Positions 51,636-64,000 of a DNA stretch of 64,000 nucleotides are shown piece after piece (position 1 is the first letter of the stretch; every line of letters starts with the position of its first letter). The notes beneath the pieces were generated by a model that was given only the letters and a program-made list of their open reading frames with translations, was not told where the DNA came from and ran no database searches. Source of the stretch: Octopus vulgaris (Eukaryota); assembly GCA_951406725.2 (NCBI GenBank), contig OX597817.1:69440001-69504000 (forward strand), read 5' to 3'. The translations under genes and the position numbers were made by a program.

Positions 51636-52650
51636 GTATATAATACCATATCTTGACACTGTCTGGACTGGCAATCTTATTTATTTGTCTATTGGTGTTT
51701 TGTCTGAGCTAATCTGGTTGTCATCTAACTGGGATTGTTAAAGTTATGATTTCATTTTGGTCTACTGTTTCACACGGTTACATGATTTATGGTAGGCACA
51801 GTGTTCAAATCCTTTGACAATGTTACAAGTTTTTCCTCTCTACTTCTATATCAGACATATCTGTTGCACAGAGACCAGCTAAACATAGAAACATAAAAAG
51901 AGAACGAGAGGGGTAGAGAGGGAAAGAGTGTAAGACAAGGAAGAAGAGGAAGAAGGAAGAAATTATGACATAGAAGTGAGCAATATAAATGTCGTTGTAT
52001 TCAAAACCACATCAATTTCTTTCTTTTTTAATGATTCCGTATGCAATTCATCTGTGTAGCTTTCTTTGTTAATCAAAATGGAATTAAAACAGCTGCTTAT
52101 TCCAAAGACTCAGCATTGCAATATTTTCCCCACTTCTTTCAAAAACCATACAAAAATATACAACTTTAAAAATAAAGAAAACAGTACTTAAAAAGCAGAC
52201 GATATTCTGGAAAAATCAAAATATTTTGGTTCTCTGCTATATTTTATTGTAATTTTTGTATAATATTTATAATCTTATGTATTTTTTTGCATTTTTTTTT
52301 ATAGGTTTTCTTTATTGGTTTAGTCACTGTTTTTGGAAATGTGGTAGGGTTTCCTTTTTTTTTTGTTTTCTTTTTAATTCATTTTCTTTGTGGTTGCCAT
52401 ACCTTTTTACTTCTTTATCTGTCATTTCTCTCTTTTTCTGTCACAGTATGTGTGTGTCTTTTATTCTCATTCTTCTCTTATTGTCTTTTTCAGTCTAATT
52501 CTTCTACACAATTCTCCCATCCTTGACTTCCTGTTTCTCTCTTTCCCCCCTCTCTCTCTCTCTCTCTCTCTTTTATTTCTCTTATAACTATAATTTTCCC
52601 CTCTCTCTTAAGCCATAACTCATTTTTCTCTTTTTCCCTCCCCCCTTCCT

Positions 52651-52681
<31 letters not shown>

Positions 52682-52782
52682 TACTCTTCATTTCTTTTTC
52701 ATTTCTTTTTGAGTTTCTCTTTTGTCGTCTGTCATACTATTCCTACACTGATTTAGTCCACTTTCTCCTTCCACCCCACTCC

Positions 52783-52831
<49 letters not shown>

Positions 52832-53026
52832 TTGAATTTGGCTTTTGTTGGCTATCCTTTTCTACTCACACTGTCCTCATACTTGTTCCACTTTTTCTCT
52901 CTCTTCTCTTTCTTTATCTCTCTCTTCCTCTCTCTCTTTTTCTGAGTTTATCTTTTGTTGTCTGTTCCTTTTTAGTACCCACACCTTCCCCCCTACTAAC
53001 TTGTTCCACATTCTTTCTCTACCTCC

Positions 53027-53058
<32 letters not shown>

Positions 53059-53163
53059 ATGTTTATTCCTTAGCAATCTTCTTTCCACCATCTTATCTCC
53101 CTATGTTCCACTCTTTTTCTTTCTTGACCTCGTTTACTATTCTCTCACCCTATCACTATTTTC

Positions 53164-53200
<37 letters not shown>

Positions 53201-53520
53201 TCTCTCCCTCTCTTGCTCACTCACTCGCATATGCTCTATTTCTCTCTTTTCTCTATATCTCATTAATGTCAAGTCTAATCAAAGACACAGAATTGTATTT
53301 TAACTTCGTTAACGATTTTACTTTAAACTCTTTTACTTTCCTTTTTGATTTTTTCTTTTGTTTTTTGGTTTTGTTTTGTTGTTGTTTTTTGCTTTCTTTT
53401 TACAAAAATTTACTTTGTCATTCGATTGCAATTTCTTTATTCACTCAACTCTTCTCTCAACATTCCTTTTCTGTCTTTTGGTCTAATCATCTCTCTCCCG
53501 CAGAGAAAGAGATAGAGATG

Positions 53521-53563
<43 letters not shown>

Positions 53564-53889
53564 GAAGATATAGATAGATAGAGATAGAGAGAGAGAGAGA
53601 GAGAAAGAGAGAGATAGCGCAAGAGAGGAGAGAATGCGAGAGAGGCAGACAGAAAGACAGGCAGATACACACACATACGCACATGTTTTACAAACACATC
53701 TTAGTTCATCTAAAAATGAACCATTCTACATAAAAGTGCTCAATAAATGATTGAAGGTGAATTTCAAAATAAATGTATCTGCCTTGCTATCTATCTATCT
53801 TTGCCTCTCTACTCTCACTTTCCTTTTCAAGTGATACTTGAAAAAGTTGATGAGAGATTGACCAGAGAGGAAAGTGTTTGTCTCCAATC

Positions 53890-54412
53890 CTTTCAAACAA
53901 ACACTTTCCTCTCTGGTCAATCTCCCATCAACTTTTTCATGTATCACTTAAAAAGGAAAGTGAGAGTAGAGGGGCAAGTTTTGTCTAGCGAATGTTTCAA
54001 AAAAAGATGGGTGAATGTAGCAAGGATGGCACGTATGAATGATGAAGCCACCTTGAGCATAATCCTATGAACCCGGAAAATTTAAAACAGAGGGTTACCA
54101 ACTTGCAAATAAATGTGGTAACATGTAACATAATTGACTGAGGTTACCGTGATCTTTTCCGTAGGCTTTTCTTCCCACAGATAAACCTTATCTGCTTCCC
54201 CCTTTACACTTTACACCATGGCACTGTGATACATGATCCCTATTGATCGTTTTTTTCCCTTTCTTTTCCCTTTTTTTTCTTCTTTCCCTTTTACGATCCC
54301 TTTTGATCGAAAACCTAACCCACCTTTTTTTTTTCCTCTCCCCCAAAAAGAAAAGCTCTACTTTGTAATCTATCCTGTCTGTGAGCAGCCCTGTGTGGCT
54401 AATAAAGAAACA
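53890..54412 (+). mobile_element. Tx1/L1-like LINE 3' end terminating in (TATC)n; shorter copies at 51400-51530 and 54890-55210
   Basis: TNTFLSGQSPINFFMYHLKRKVRVE...FKKRWVNVARM resembles Tx1-type ORF2 C-termini; shared 3' UTR ending aataaagaaaca+(TATC)n. Confidence 0.6.
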
Positions 54413-54420
54413 TATCTATC

Positions 54421-54491
<71 letters not shown>

Positions 54492-55559
54492 ATTGGTCTA
54501 TCTGTCTGTCTGTCTGTCCATGTTCTTCTCTATGTATCTATCTTCATCGTCATCATAGTTTAGTATCCACTCTTCATGCTGCCATGGGTTAAACAGTTTG
54601 ACTGGAACTAGTAAGCTGGAGAGCTGTACCAGGCTCCAATCTGGTTTGGCATGGTTTCTACAGCTGGATATCCAACCATTCCAAGAGTGTTGTGAATGCC
54701 TTTTACATGTCACCAGCCACAGGTTCCTTTTACGTGTCACCAATACTGGCCAAGACTATGATTTCACTTGGCTTGACGTGTCTTCTCAAGCATAGTAAAT
54801 CCTGAAAGGTCTCTATTACTTGTCATTGATTCTGTGATCTGTCTGTCTGTCTGTTTGCCTGTCTGCCTATTCATCTTTCTATCTTATTACTTACTTGCAA
54901 ATAAATGTGTTAACATGTGACATTAATGACCGAGGTGACCGTGGTCTTTTCCGTGGGCTTTTCTTTCAACGGATAAACCTTATCTGCTTCCCCCTTTGCA
55001 CTTTACATCATGACATTTCTGTGATACACGATCCCTATTGATCATTTTTTTTCTTTTCTTTTTTCTTTTCTTCTTTTTTTTCTCCTTTCTACAATCCCTT
55101 TTGATCAAAAACCTACCCCACTCCTTTTTGTTTTCTCCCCAAAAAGAAAAACTCTGCTTTGTAATTTGTCCTGTCTGTGTCCAGCCCTGTGTGGCTTACA
55201 AAGAAACATATTTTATCTAAACATTTATTTTCATACAAACACACACACACACCCACACACACTCACACACACACACACACACACACATGCACACACACAC
55301 ACACACACATACATACATACATACACATACACTAACATATCTATCTACCTACATAACTCTCTATTGTTAAGTTAGTTCAGCGCCAACATATTTAATACAG
55401 AGTTTATGAGAAAAAGGTCTCTCAAATATACATACAGCATGGTGGGAAAAAATATCCATGAATATGTTAATCATTGACTAATATCATTTTAATTCTTTCA
55501 ATAAGTACAAGATCCAAACACAAACATTCCTCAGTGAAGAACAGCCTTGTAGAAGAAGT

Positions 55560-55940
55560 GCTAAAATACTAACAATAACTCTGAGCACCTTTTCAAACTC
55601 CACCTGTCTAAAACCCGTGGACATGTTTACAAAGTTAGAAAACAGTACAGCTCCCATGACTTTCGGAAACATTTTTGCATGCTAAGAGTTTGCTGAAGCA
55701 TAGAACAAACTGCCGGCATCAGTTGTTAGTTGTCGGAGCACTGCATCCTTCAAAACTTCCATGCTTCCTGAGATTCGCCAACACTACACCTGATTTTCTC
55801 CCCTCCATACACACACAAGCATGTATCTGACTCATACACTGTTCGCTTCCTAGACATTTGTACATTACTGCATATGCTTTATATGCACTTTTGACAAGTT
55901 GTGGTGCACCTGATCACTGTATACAATAATTTCATTATTA
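55560..55940 (+). mobile_element. CR1-clade LINE 3' fragment
   Basis: SKTRGHVYKVRKQYSSHDFRKHF; homologous to 57750-58030. Confidence 0.8.
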
Positions 55941-57446
55941 TTTTTATAAAATCATTTTAAAGTAGCTATACTCAAAAGAACATTTGCATTAGTTTCTTAC
56001 TTCACCTGACTGTATATCTATCTGGTTGTCAGTATATCTATCTGTCTGTTTGTTTACCTCAGTGATTCTCAACCAGGGTCCATATGGGGGTCCACGCAAT
56101 AAAATAATAAATTGGGGATCCACAATGATATTTTAAGAGCCTTTGAAAGAATTTTGCTTTAGATGTATGTATATGTCTCTAATGCAAGAAACAGGTAAGT
56201 TTTTTTTTTTTGTCTCTAACATGTTGCGTAGTTCAATCTACACAAGTTGATGTGTGAGAAACAACATAGGAATTCTGAAAGAAGTTTCTTTAAAACTAGT
56301 TTTTAAAAATTGAATGGCTATGGATGGAAGGTCCACCAGAATAAAATAGTAATCAAAGGGGTCCCTGGTTTATCTAATTGTTTATCTGTACCCATGATGT
56401 AAAAATTTGGGCAACAAATTGGCAGGATCTATAGAGCAAAGGATAGAATGCCTTGTGGGATTTGTCCTGATTCAGATTACTCTTTCACTCTCTTTCTCTC
56501 TCTCTTTCCCTCTCTCTCTCTCACACACCTCCTCCCTCTATCTCCCCTAGTCTTGCAGGCACATGGGTGCTGGTGACATGTATAAGCAACCATGCTGGTA
56601 CCATGTAAAAACATCAAATACACTCTGTTATGTGGTTTGTATTAGGGAGGGCATCCAGCCATAGGGAACCATGCCAAAACAAATGAATGGAGCCTGAGCA
56701 GCCTTCAAGCTAGCCAATTCCTGTCAAACTGTCAAACCCATGCCAGCATAGAGAACAGACATTAAAAGATGGTGATGATGATGATGACGATGATGATTTC
56801 TCTGTCAAATGTAATCTTTATTCACATTGTTTTGAAATTAATCTTGAATTATCTCATAGATTTCAATGATGTGAGTGTTTACTTTTAGAATGACATTGTA
56901 GGGTAGATGTGAAAGGTCGGATCTGACCCGTTTGAAAATAAAATAGGTAGAATATTTTGGCCAGATTATGGCTGGCTTAAATGTTAAAGGGTTAAATTTC
57001 ATTGAGGTCAAACTTGCCTTTCGTCCCTATGCTGTCCATAAAAAATGTAACAGTCCAGTGTTGGAATCGATTCCCATTCTCTATCCTTCACTCTGCCTCT
57101 CTCTGGGAGAAATCATCAGTGGTTAGACATGGAGAAGGAAGGGTTCACCAGGTATAACTCAAGCCATCAAGACTTAGGGCAAGGTATGCATATTTTTCTG
57201 TCTTTACATCAACTTCTATCCTTCACTTTCACTACTTCATACAAGCAGAAACAGAATCCTTTATAAGTGGTTGCTCAACTTGCTAGAAATAGCAGCCTAG
57301 TCTCCTTCAGCTTAAATAAGAAAACCATGTATTAGATCATGTTGTCCTACAAAGCCCTAGAAACATGGTTTGATCAGACTTGGGATGCCTTTGATCATTG
57401 CTGTTTCTAGTACATATAACAGCCTTGCTAGCTCGTCATTATCATC

Positions 57447-57477
<31 letters not shown>

Positions 57478-57478
<1 letters not shown>

Positions 57479-57570
57479 CCCACCTGCAAGGTCATGTGCT
57501 GTTTATAACCCCACCTGCAAGGTCATGTGCTGTTTATCACCCCACCTGCAAGGTCATGTGCTGTTTATCT
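57478..57570. repeat. 31-bp unit x3 at the 5' edge of a retroposon fragment in (AAT)n
   Basis: ccccacctgcaaggtcatgtgctgtttat at 57478, 57509, 57540. Confidence 0.9.
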
Positions 57571-57716
57571 TGATATGAGATCACCATGTCGCGCACATAT
57601 GGTTGTGATGCATGTGCCTGGTGTACCTTTATCAGACGGGTAGTCATGATGGGTATATTGGGCTTCGTATATTTTACCCCAGTGTCACTTTGATGGCATG
57701 AACTGCTCTCTCACTC

Positions 57717-57749
<33 letters not shown>

Positions 57750-58030
57750 TGTGTACAGTGCTCAGGTGCACTACAACTCATCTAAAGTGTATATATAATC
57801 AGGTGTAGTTTCGGTGGATTTCAGAAAGCATGAGGGCCTTAAAGGATGCAGTATCATGGCAGTCAACAACTGATGCAGGCAGTTTATTCCATGCTTCAGC
57901 AACTCTGAGCGTGAAAAAATGTTTCTGAAAGTCATGGGAGCTGTGTTGTTTTCTGACTTTGTAGGCATGTCCACGTGTGTTAGACACATGGAGATCAAAA
58001 AGGTGTTCAGTGTTGTTGTTGGTGAGGTGG
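57750..58030 (-). mobile_element. CR1-clade LINE 3' end with (ATT)n tail
   Basis: SNTRGHAYKVRKQ...KHFFTLRVAEAWNKLPASVV...SFK. Confidence 0.88.
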
Positions 58031-59204
58031 TTGATAACTTTGTGGGTGTCTATTTTTAATGTCTATTTAATGTCTATTTACCATTCTGGCATGAGTTGGA
58101 CAGTTTGACAGGCACTGGCTAGTCAGACAGCTGCACCAGGCTCTAGTTATCTGTTTTAGCAGAGTTTCTACAGCTGGATGCCCTTCCTAACCCTTCATAA
58201 TGCCAACGACTTTACAGAGTACACTGGGTGCTTTTAACCAGCAACAGGTTCTTTTTACATGACACCAGCATGTCCTCTTGCAAAATTTATTAACATGGCC
58301 AGAATGTTTTACAGCTCCCATCTATTTATAGGCCTCATCCAGACATTTGACGCCTTACATGAACATTAACAAGCCTAGTATTTAACCAATCCTTTATTTT
58401 GTCAATCTTGGAAACATAAAATAAGCTTGACCTCAGTGAAATTTGAACTCACTCAGAAGGTATACACTGTAAACAGTTTGTTTGATGCTCTAACAACAAT
58501 TCTACCCATCCGTTCACTCTTGCTTAATCTCCATCTCTATTTCTAATTCCTTCATCATTCACAGTTCTTCTTTCTGCCTCACCATTTTCCATTCTTTCCA
58601 AACTCTTTTCTCTATACATCATTATACCCCTCAATATCTTAATTATGGCCTTCCTTGACTCTCTTTCATTTGTCTTCCAATCCTTACACATTTCTATATT
58701 TCTTCCTCCTTTCCTTTACGCTATGGACATCTTTCTCAGTCTGTCTCTTTCCTCCGACTAAATCTTATACAATCTCATTCATCCTTACCATTGTTGAGTC
58801 TTTCTGTTTCCAACCCCACCTCTCTCTTCAATCCACTCTACTTTATTGTATTTCTCTCCTTCCACTTTCTTGTTCTTCCTCTCTATCTCTGTCTTTCCTC
58901 TACTCATCTTTCTTCTCCAACTCTATGAACTTTCGTTCTCTCTTTTTCCCTCTCCTCTTCTCGTTTTCAAGATTATTCTACCATTTCACAACTTGATTGC
59001 AGTTCTGATCTCATTATCAGCAATAAAGGAAGTTAAGTTTTGAAAATGGAATGCACACAACATCAAAATTAATCGAGAGGTGAAGCAAATCATAAATACA
59101 CGCACTCACATGTGCATATACGCACACAAGCACTTGCTTGCAATTACAGACATTTACACACATACCTACAGATAATAATAAATTACACACACACACACAC
59201 ATGA

Positions 59205-59253
<49 letters not shown>

Positions 59254-59294
59254 TACATCTGTCTTACTCTTTTTCTCTCTCCATCCATTCATCC

Positions 59295-59402
<108 letters not shown>

Positions 59403-59403
59403 G

Positions 59404-59452
<49 letters not shown>

Positions 59453-59945
59453 GTATCTGCCTGCCTCTAGGTAGCTGTCTCTATCTCACTTTCTCCTTAT
59501 ATATATATAAGCAAGAGAGAGAGAGAGAGAGGCCAAATGAGTGAGAAAGAGAGAAAGAGAATGAAAGAGAGAGAGAGCAAGTGAAAGTGTGTATGTGTGC
59601 GTGTGTGTGTGAGAGAGAGAGAAAGAGAATGAGTAAAATGAATATGATTAAGAAGTAAAAAATAGATAAATAAATGGACGGAAGGATTGGCAAGACAATA
59701 GTGGGAGAAGGAGGGGTAATTAAAGAAATCAAGGAATTGATTAACTAGATTAAAGGGATTGAGAAAAAAGAGAGAGAAAGGCAGAAGCAACAGGAGTAAC
59801 GGAGAAAGAAAGGAAATGAAATTAAGGATGATTAAAGGGACCAAGGAAAATGATTAAAGATAGAGAGAATGAGACAAAAAAAGGAGAGAGAAAGACAGAG
59901 AGATTTGGGGGATTAAAGGAATCGAGAGAAGAGATATAAATATTC

Positions 59946-59980
<35 letters not shown>

Positions 59981-60193
59981 TCAAAGTGGTTAAAAGGGCT
60001 GTGAGAAGTGATAGAAGGGATATAAAGGGAGATGGATCTGATTAAAGGAATTAAGGGAAGGAAAAGAAAGATTAAGGTAATTAAAGGGATATTGAGAAAA
60101 AAGGAGACAAAGTAAAAGAGATGGGGCAGGTTAAACGAAGTGAGAAACAAGAGGTAGGCAGATAGAAGGATAGACAGAGAGAGAAATAGGTAA

Positions 60194-60269
<76 letters not shown>

Positions 60270-60614
60270 GGAAACAGACCAAGAGACAGTGAGGTGGAAG
60301 TGAAAGGTTAAATTGATGAAGGAAAGGAAGTAATGTCCCTAAAACAGGATAATTGGCGAAAATACATGATAATACCACAAGAAGAGAATAGGAATGTTAA
60401 AAGAGAAAGAAATACTGTAAGATCTGAGAAAGTCTTTAGAAGTGTCCAGAAAGTAAACGGAATACCAAATTTCGATAGAAGGAAATCATTTCAACCTCAC
60501 TATTCTTATCAGAATTGTGGAGTAAGTTCTCGGTTAATTGACCATCATCCTTTTTAAAACCATAGATAGACAAGAACAGTTTGTACTTCAGTGCAAATGA
60601 ATTAACTTGTTACT

Positions 60615-60616
60615 AC

Positions 60617-60657
<41 letters not shown>

Positions 60658-60768
60658 GGGGTGATGATGGTGATGAAGATGATGATGAAAATGATAATAA
60701 TGATGATGATAACAATGATGGTGATGATAATGATGATGAGGATGATGATGAAGATGATGGTGATGATA

Positions 60769-60822
<54 letters not shown>

Positions 60823-61435
60823 GTGGTGATGGTGATGATGGTGATGATGATGGTGATGGTGATGATGATGATGATGATGATATGATGATGATGAGGATGA
60901 TGATGATAATAGTGTTGATGATGATGATGGTCTTGATCATGGAGATGATGATATTGGAGACAAAGAGTGATGATGGTAATGATGCTGATGATGGTGATAA
61001 TAAATGAGATGATGATGATGATAACAGTGATGATGAGGATGATGAAGACAAGGTTAATGATAATGATGATAGTGGTGGGGATGAAAATAGTGATGCCAGT
61101 GATGGCAACTTCTTGGTGATAATGGTGGTTATGACAATCATGACTGAGATTGTGACAATGGTGCTGACAGAGTTGATGGTGATGATGATGATGATGATGA
61201 TGATAGTGATGGCAATAATGTTGATAATGAAGTTTGTTTTGATGGTGGTAGTGGCAATGATGATGATGATGATGAGATGATGGCGATGATGATGATGCCA
61301 ACAACTATGGTAGCAGTGACAACAACAATAATAATGATGACAATGGCGATGGTGGTGGTGATGGTGTTGGTGGGGAAGGTGATAGAGCTAATAGTAGTGA
61401 TAATGATGGTGGTAATGATGATGATGATGCTGATA
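60615..61435. repeat. Degenerate (ATG)n/(GTG)n trinucleotide tract
   Basis: Direct inspection. Confidence 0.95.
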
Positions 61436-62238
61436 ATGTGTAATGTGTGTGTTTTTGTATGAGTGAGTGTATGTGTGTGACTTGCTGTGTACTGTATGTG
61501 GTATTTTAATGGAAACTTTTTCATCATACAGCAAAGAGTTAAAATGTTTACATATAACAGTATTGATATACAAGTACATAGACACACACAAAAAAATGTT
61601 TCCCCCATCCTCTCTCAGAAACAAAAACATATTATTTTGTACTGGAATATAACATTCGCACATAATGTTCTGTTGTATTGCTTGTTCTTGGGCATGCTAT
61701 AAATTATAAATGAAATGGTAAACATTTGTGTTTATGAATGGGGGCGAGAAAAACTAGTTTTTACTTTGCCCTGAAAGTCTTTTTGTTTTGTGTTATTGCC
61801 CTATTCATCTCTTGTTTTGTGTCTTTCACACTTTGTTCAGTGCACGATTTGTGGTTTGTATTTTGTATTTTGTATTTCATTGATTGTTTTTGGTTTCTTT
61901 TTTTTAGGGCTGATGGGAAAAGGGAAGGGAACTTAAACAAAGGACAACATTTGAACTTACAAATACAATGGGATTGATCTCAATACTGTAAGGGCTTTGA
62001 TATAGCTGTCACTACTAATCATAATTGTTGTTGACTCTGTCACTGCCATCATTGAGGATGTCAGTGGCATTGGCGACAGCGTCATTATCATCATCATCAT
62101 CATCTTTCAATGTTCCTTTTCCATGCTGGCATGGGTTGGATGGTCTGACCAGAGCTAGCAGAGAGCTGGGGAGCTGCACCAGGTTCCAGGCTTGGTTTCT
62201 ACTGCTGAATGCCCTTCCTAATGCCAACCACTTTACAG

Positions 62239-62540
62239 TGGAGGCACATGGCCTAGTGGTTAGAGCAGCGTACTCGCGGTCGAGGGATCGCGGGTTCGAA
62301 TCTCAGACCGGGTGATGTGTGTGTTTATGAGTGAAACACCTAAGCTCCACGTGGCTCCGGCAGAAGGTAATGGCAAAACTTCTGGTGACTCTTTCGCCAC
62401 AACTTTCTCTCATTCTTTCCTCTTGCATCTTGCAGCTCACCTGCAACGGACCGGCGTCCTGTCCAGGTGGGGAACCTATACGCCAAGACACCGGGAAACC
62501 GGCCCTTATGAGCCAGGCATGGCTCGAGAAGGAACAAACA
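62239..62540 (+). mobile_element. tRNA-derived SINE with OK-like head and V-domain-like 3' half, nested in another retroposon; 13-bp TSD
   Basis: TGGCCTAGTGG / GGTTCGAATCT boxes; TSD aaccactttacag at 62226-62238 and 62541-62553. Confidence 0.85.
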
Positions 62541-63345
62541 AACCACTTTACAGAATGTGCTGGGTGCATTTTACATGGCACGAGCACAAGTTCTGGCACG
62601 AGTGATTTTACATGGACTGGCACAGGTGCTTTTTACATGGATTAGCATGGGTGCTTTTTTTTTACTTACATACTCCTTCATCACTTTCTTTTTTTTTTTT
62701 TTTGCTTCAGTCATTGGGCTGTTGGTAGTAACATACCGAAAGGGTTTTGGTCAGTCATAATCACCCACGTACTGATTTTAAAGTCTGGTATAATTCATAC
62801 CAGGGCCATCACTAAGCCCCTGTAACCCCTGTGGTCGCAGGGGCCCTACATGGTTGAGGGGCCCCCGTGTAAAGATCAAAGTATGTAGATGAGTCATCTA
62901 TTTACTTTGGTTAAGATGTTGAATAAGAATTGAACTATGTTAACTGAAAATTAAAAAAAATAAAATGGTAATACAGTGTACCTGCAAAAGTTCTTGTAAA
63001 AATATTGCATTGTACCATGAACGTCCCTACCTAAATATGTTCTTTAGGATAACGTGAAATATTGAACTTCAGATAGAATAAAGTAAAATATAGCTATGAA
63101 TAAAAGGTACATAGATTATGAATTTTGATTGAAGGGATGGGGCCTCAAAACACATACCTGATTCATACATGCTCTATTTGTTAAACTCCTAAGTTACAGG
63201 ATATAAAAGTAAGACACTGTGTTTTTTCAAAAAGGCATTAACATAAAAATAAACACACAAACAGAAAATACAAACATATACACACGTGTGTGCAAACCTC
63301 TTCTAACAATACTTCTTTGTTATTTTCTTTGTGCTTCTTTCTCTC

Positions 63346-63388
<43 letters not shown>

Positions 63389-63883
63389 AATTATTTTTTT
63401 ATCTTGTTTCAATCATTGAAATTTCAGATATCTTTAGTGAGGTTCATTCTGTTGCAATAATCAAACTGGTCCTGAAAGTCAGTATGTCACTATTTCAGTG
63501 TGGTGGTCTTTATTGTACTCTTCCCCCCAGCACTTTCCTACATCCTCTTTCCACCTGTCTGTGAGGTCCAGCCAAGCAAAAGAAGGGGATGAGCACAGCC
63601 ATAACAAAATAACAGAGAGAATGAATGCTCAACACTGCATTCAGTGGGTAAATGTTCTTTATATGTGAATTGGCAATGTTACCAATGGTTTCATGTGGAG
63701 AAGATTTCCACAATTATTCAAGCATTCCACTCGAGAATGTTGGTAATTGCATTCATTTTGGATGAAACTATGTGAGATTACTTGACTTCATTTTGTGTGT
63801 GTGTGCACACGTGCACATGTGAGTCCCCTTGTCTTAACTTCACATGTTAAATCCCCATCATCATCATCATCATTATTATTATT

Positions 63884-64000
63884 ATTACCTCTGCCTTAAT
63901 GAAGGTGGAGGTATTATTTTCAGTCATGTTTCTTTGTTTGTTTGTCTGTGGACAAAATACCTCAAGAACCACTGGATGGATTCAGATGAAACTTTTGGGG
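63884..64000 (+). mobile_element. Helentron/DINE-like non-autonomous element start (runs off the window)
   Basis: ttacctctgcc...ggtggaggta short inverted repeat, gtttgtttgtctgt tract, ggatggattcagatgaaactt motif. Confidence 0.55.

Noticed and set aside
62239-62312. tRNA gene
   Set aside because: tRNA-like head continues into a SINE body bounded by a TSD; the same applies to the other SINE heads.

Overview
AT-rich, microsatellite-dense eukaryotic DNA with no supportable host exon. It is most likely an octopus intronic or intergenic region, inferred from the tRNA-derived SINE families and the repeat landscape. Almost all ORFs in the supplied track are microsatellite artefacts. The dominant biology is Penelope-like retroelements (PLEs). 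One young element (19188-23841) is a head-to-head inverted dimer inserted in (TA)n, with an open RT + GIY-YIG frame. Its conserved N-terminal motifs lie upstream of the first ATG and are reachable from an overlapping upstream ORF through an HIV-type U_UUU_UUA -1 slippery site. The window also holds several older PLE remnants and about 13 type-I hammerhead-ribozyme motifs (canonical and variant cores) from many unrelated families. Several of these sit in short, (TA)n-flanked, head-to-head fold-back elements with one tailed arm. Also present: RTE, RTE-X, CR1 and Tx1-like LINE fragments, several SINE families, two non-autonomous Helitrons, and mariner, hAT and Merlin-like MITEs. All alignments and folds were done by eye; boundaries of old elements are approximate.
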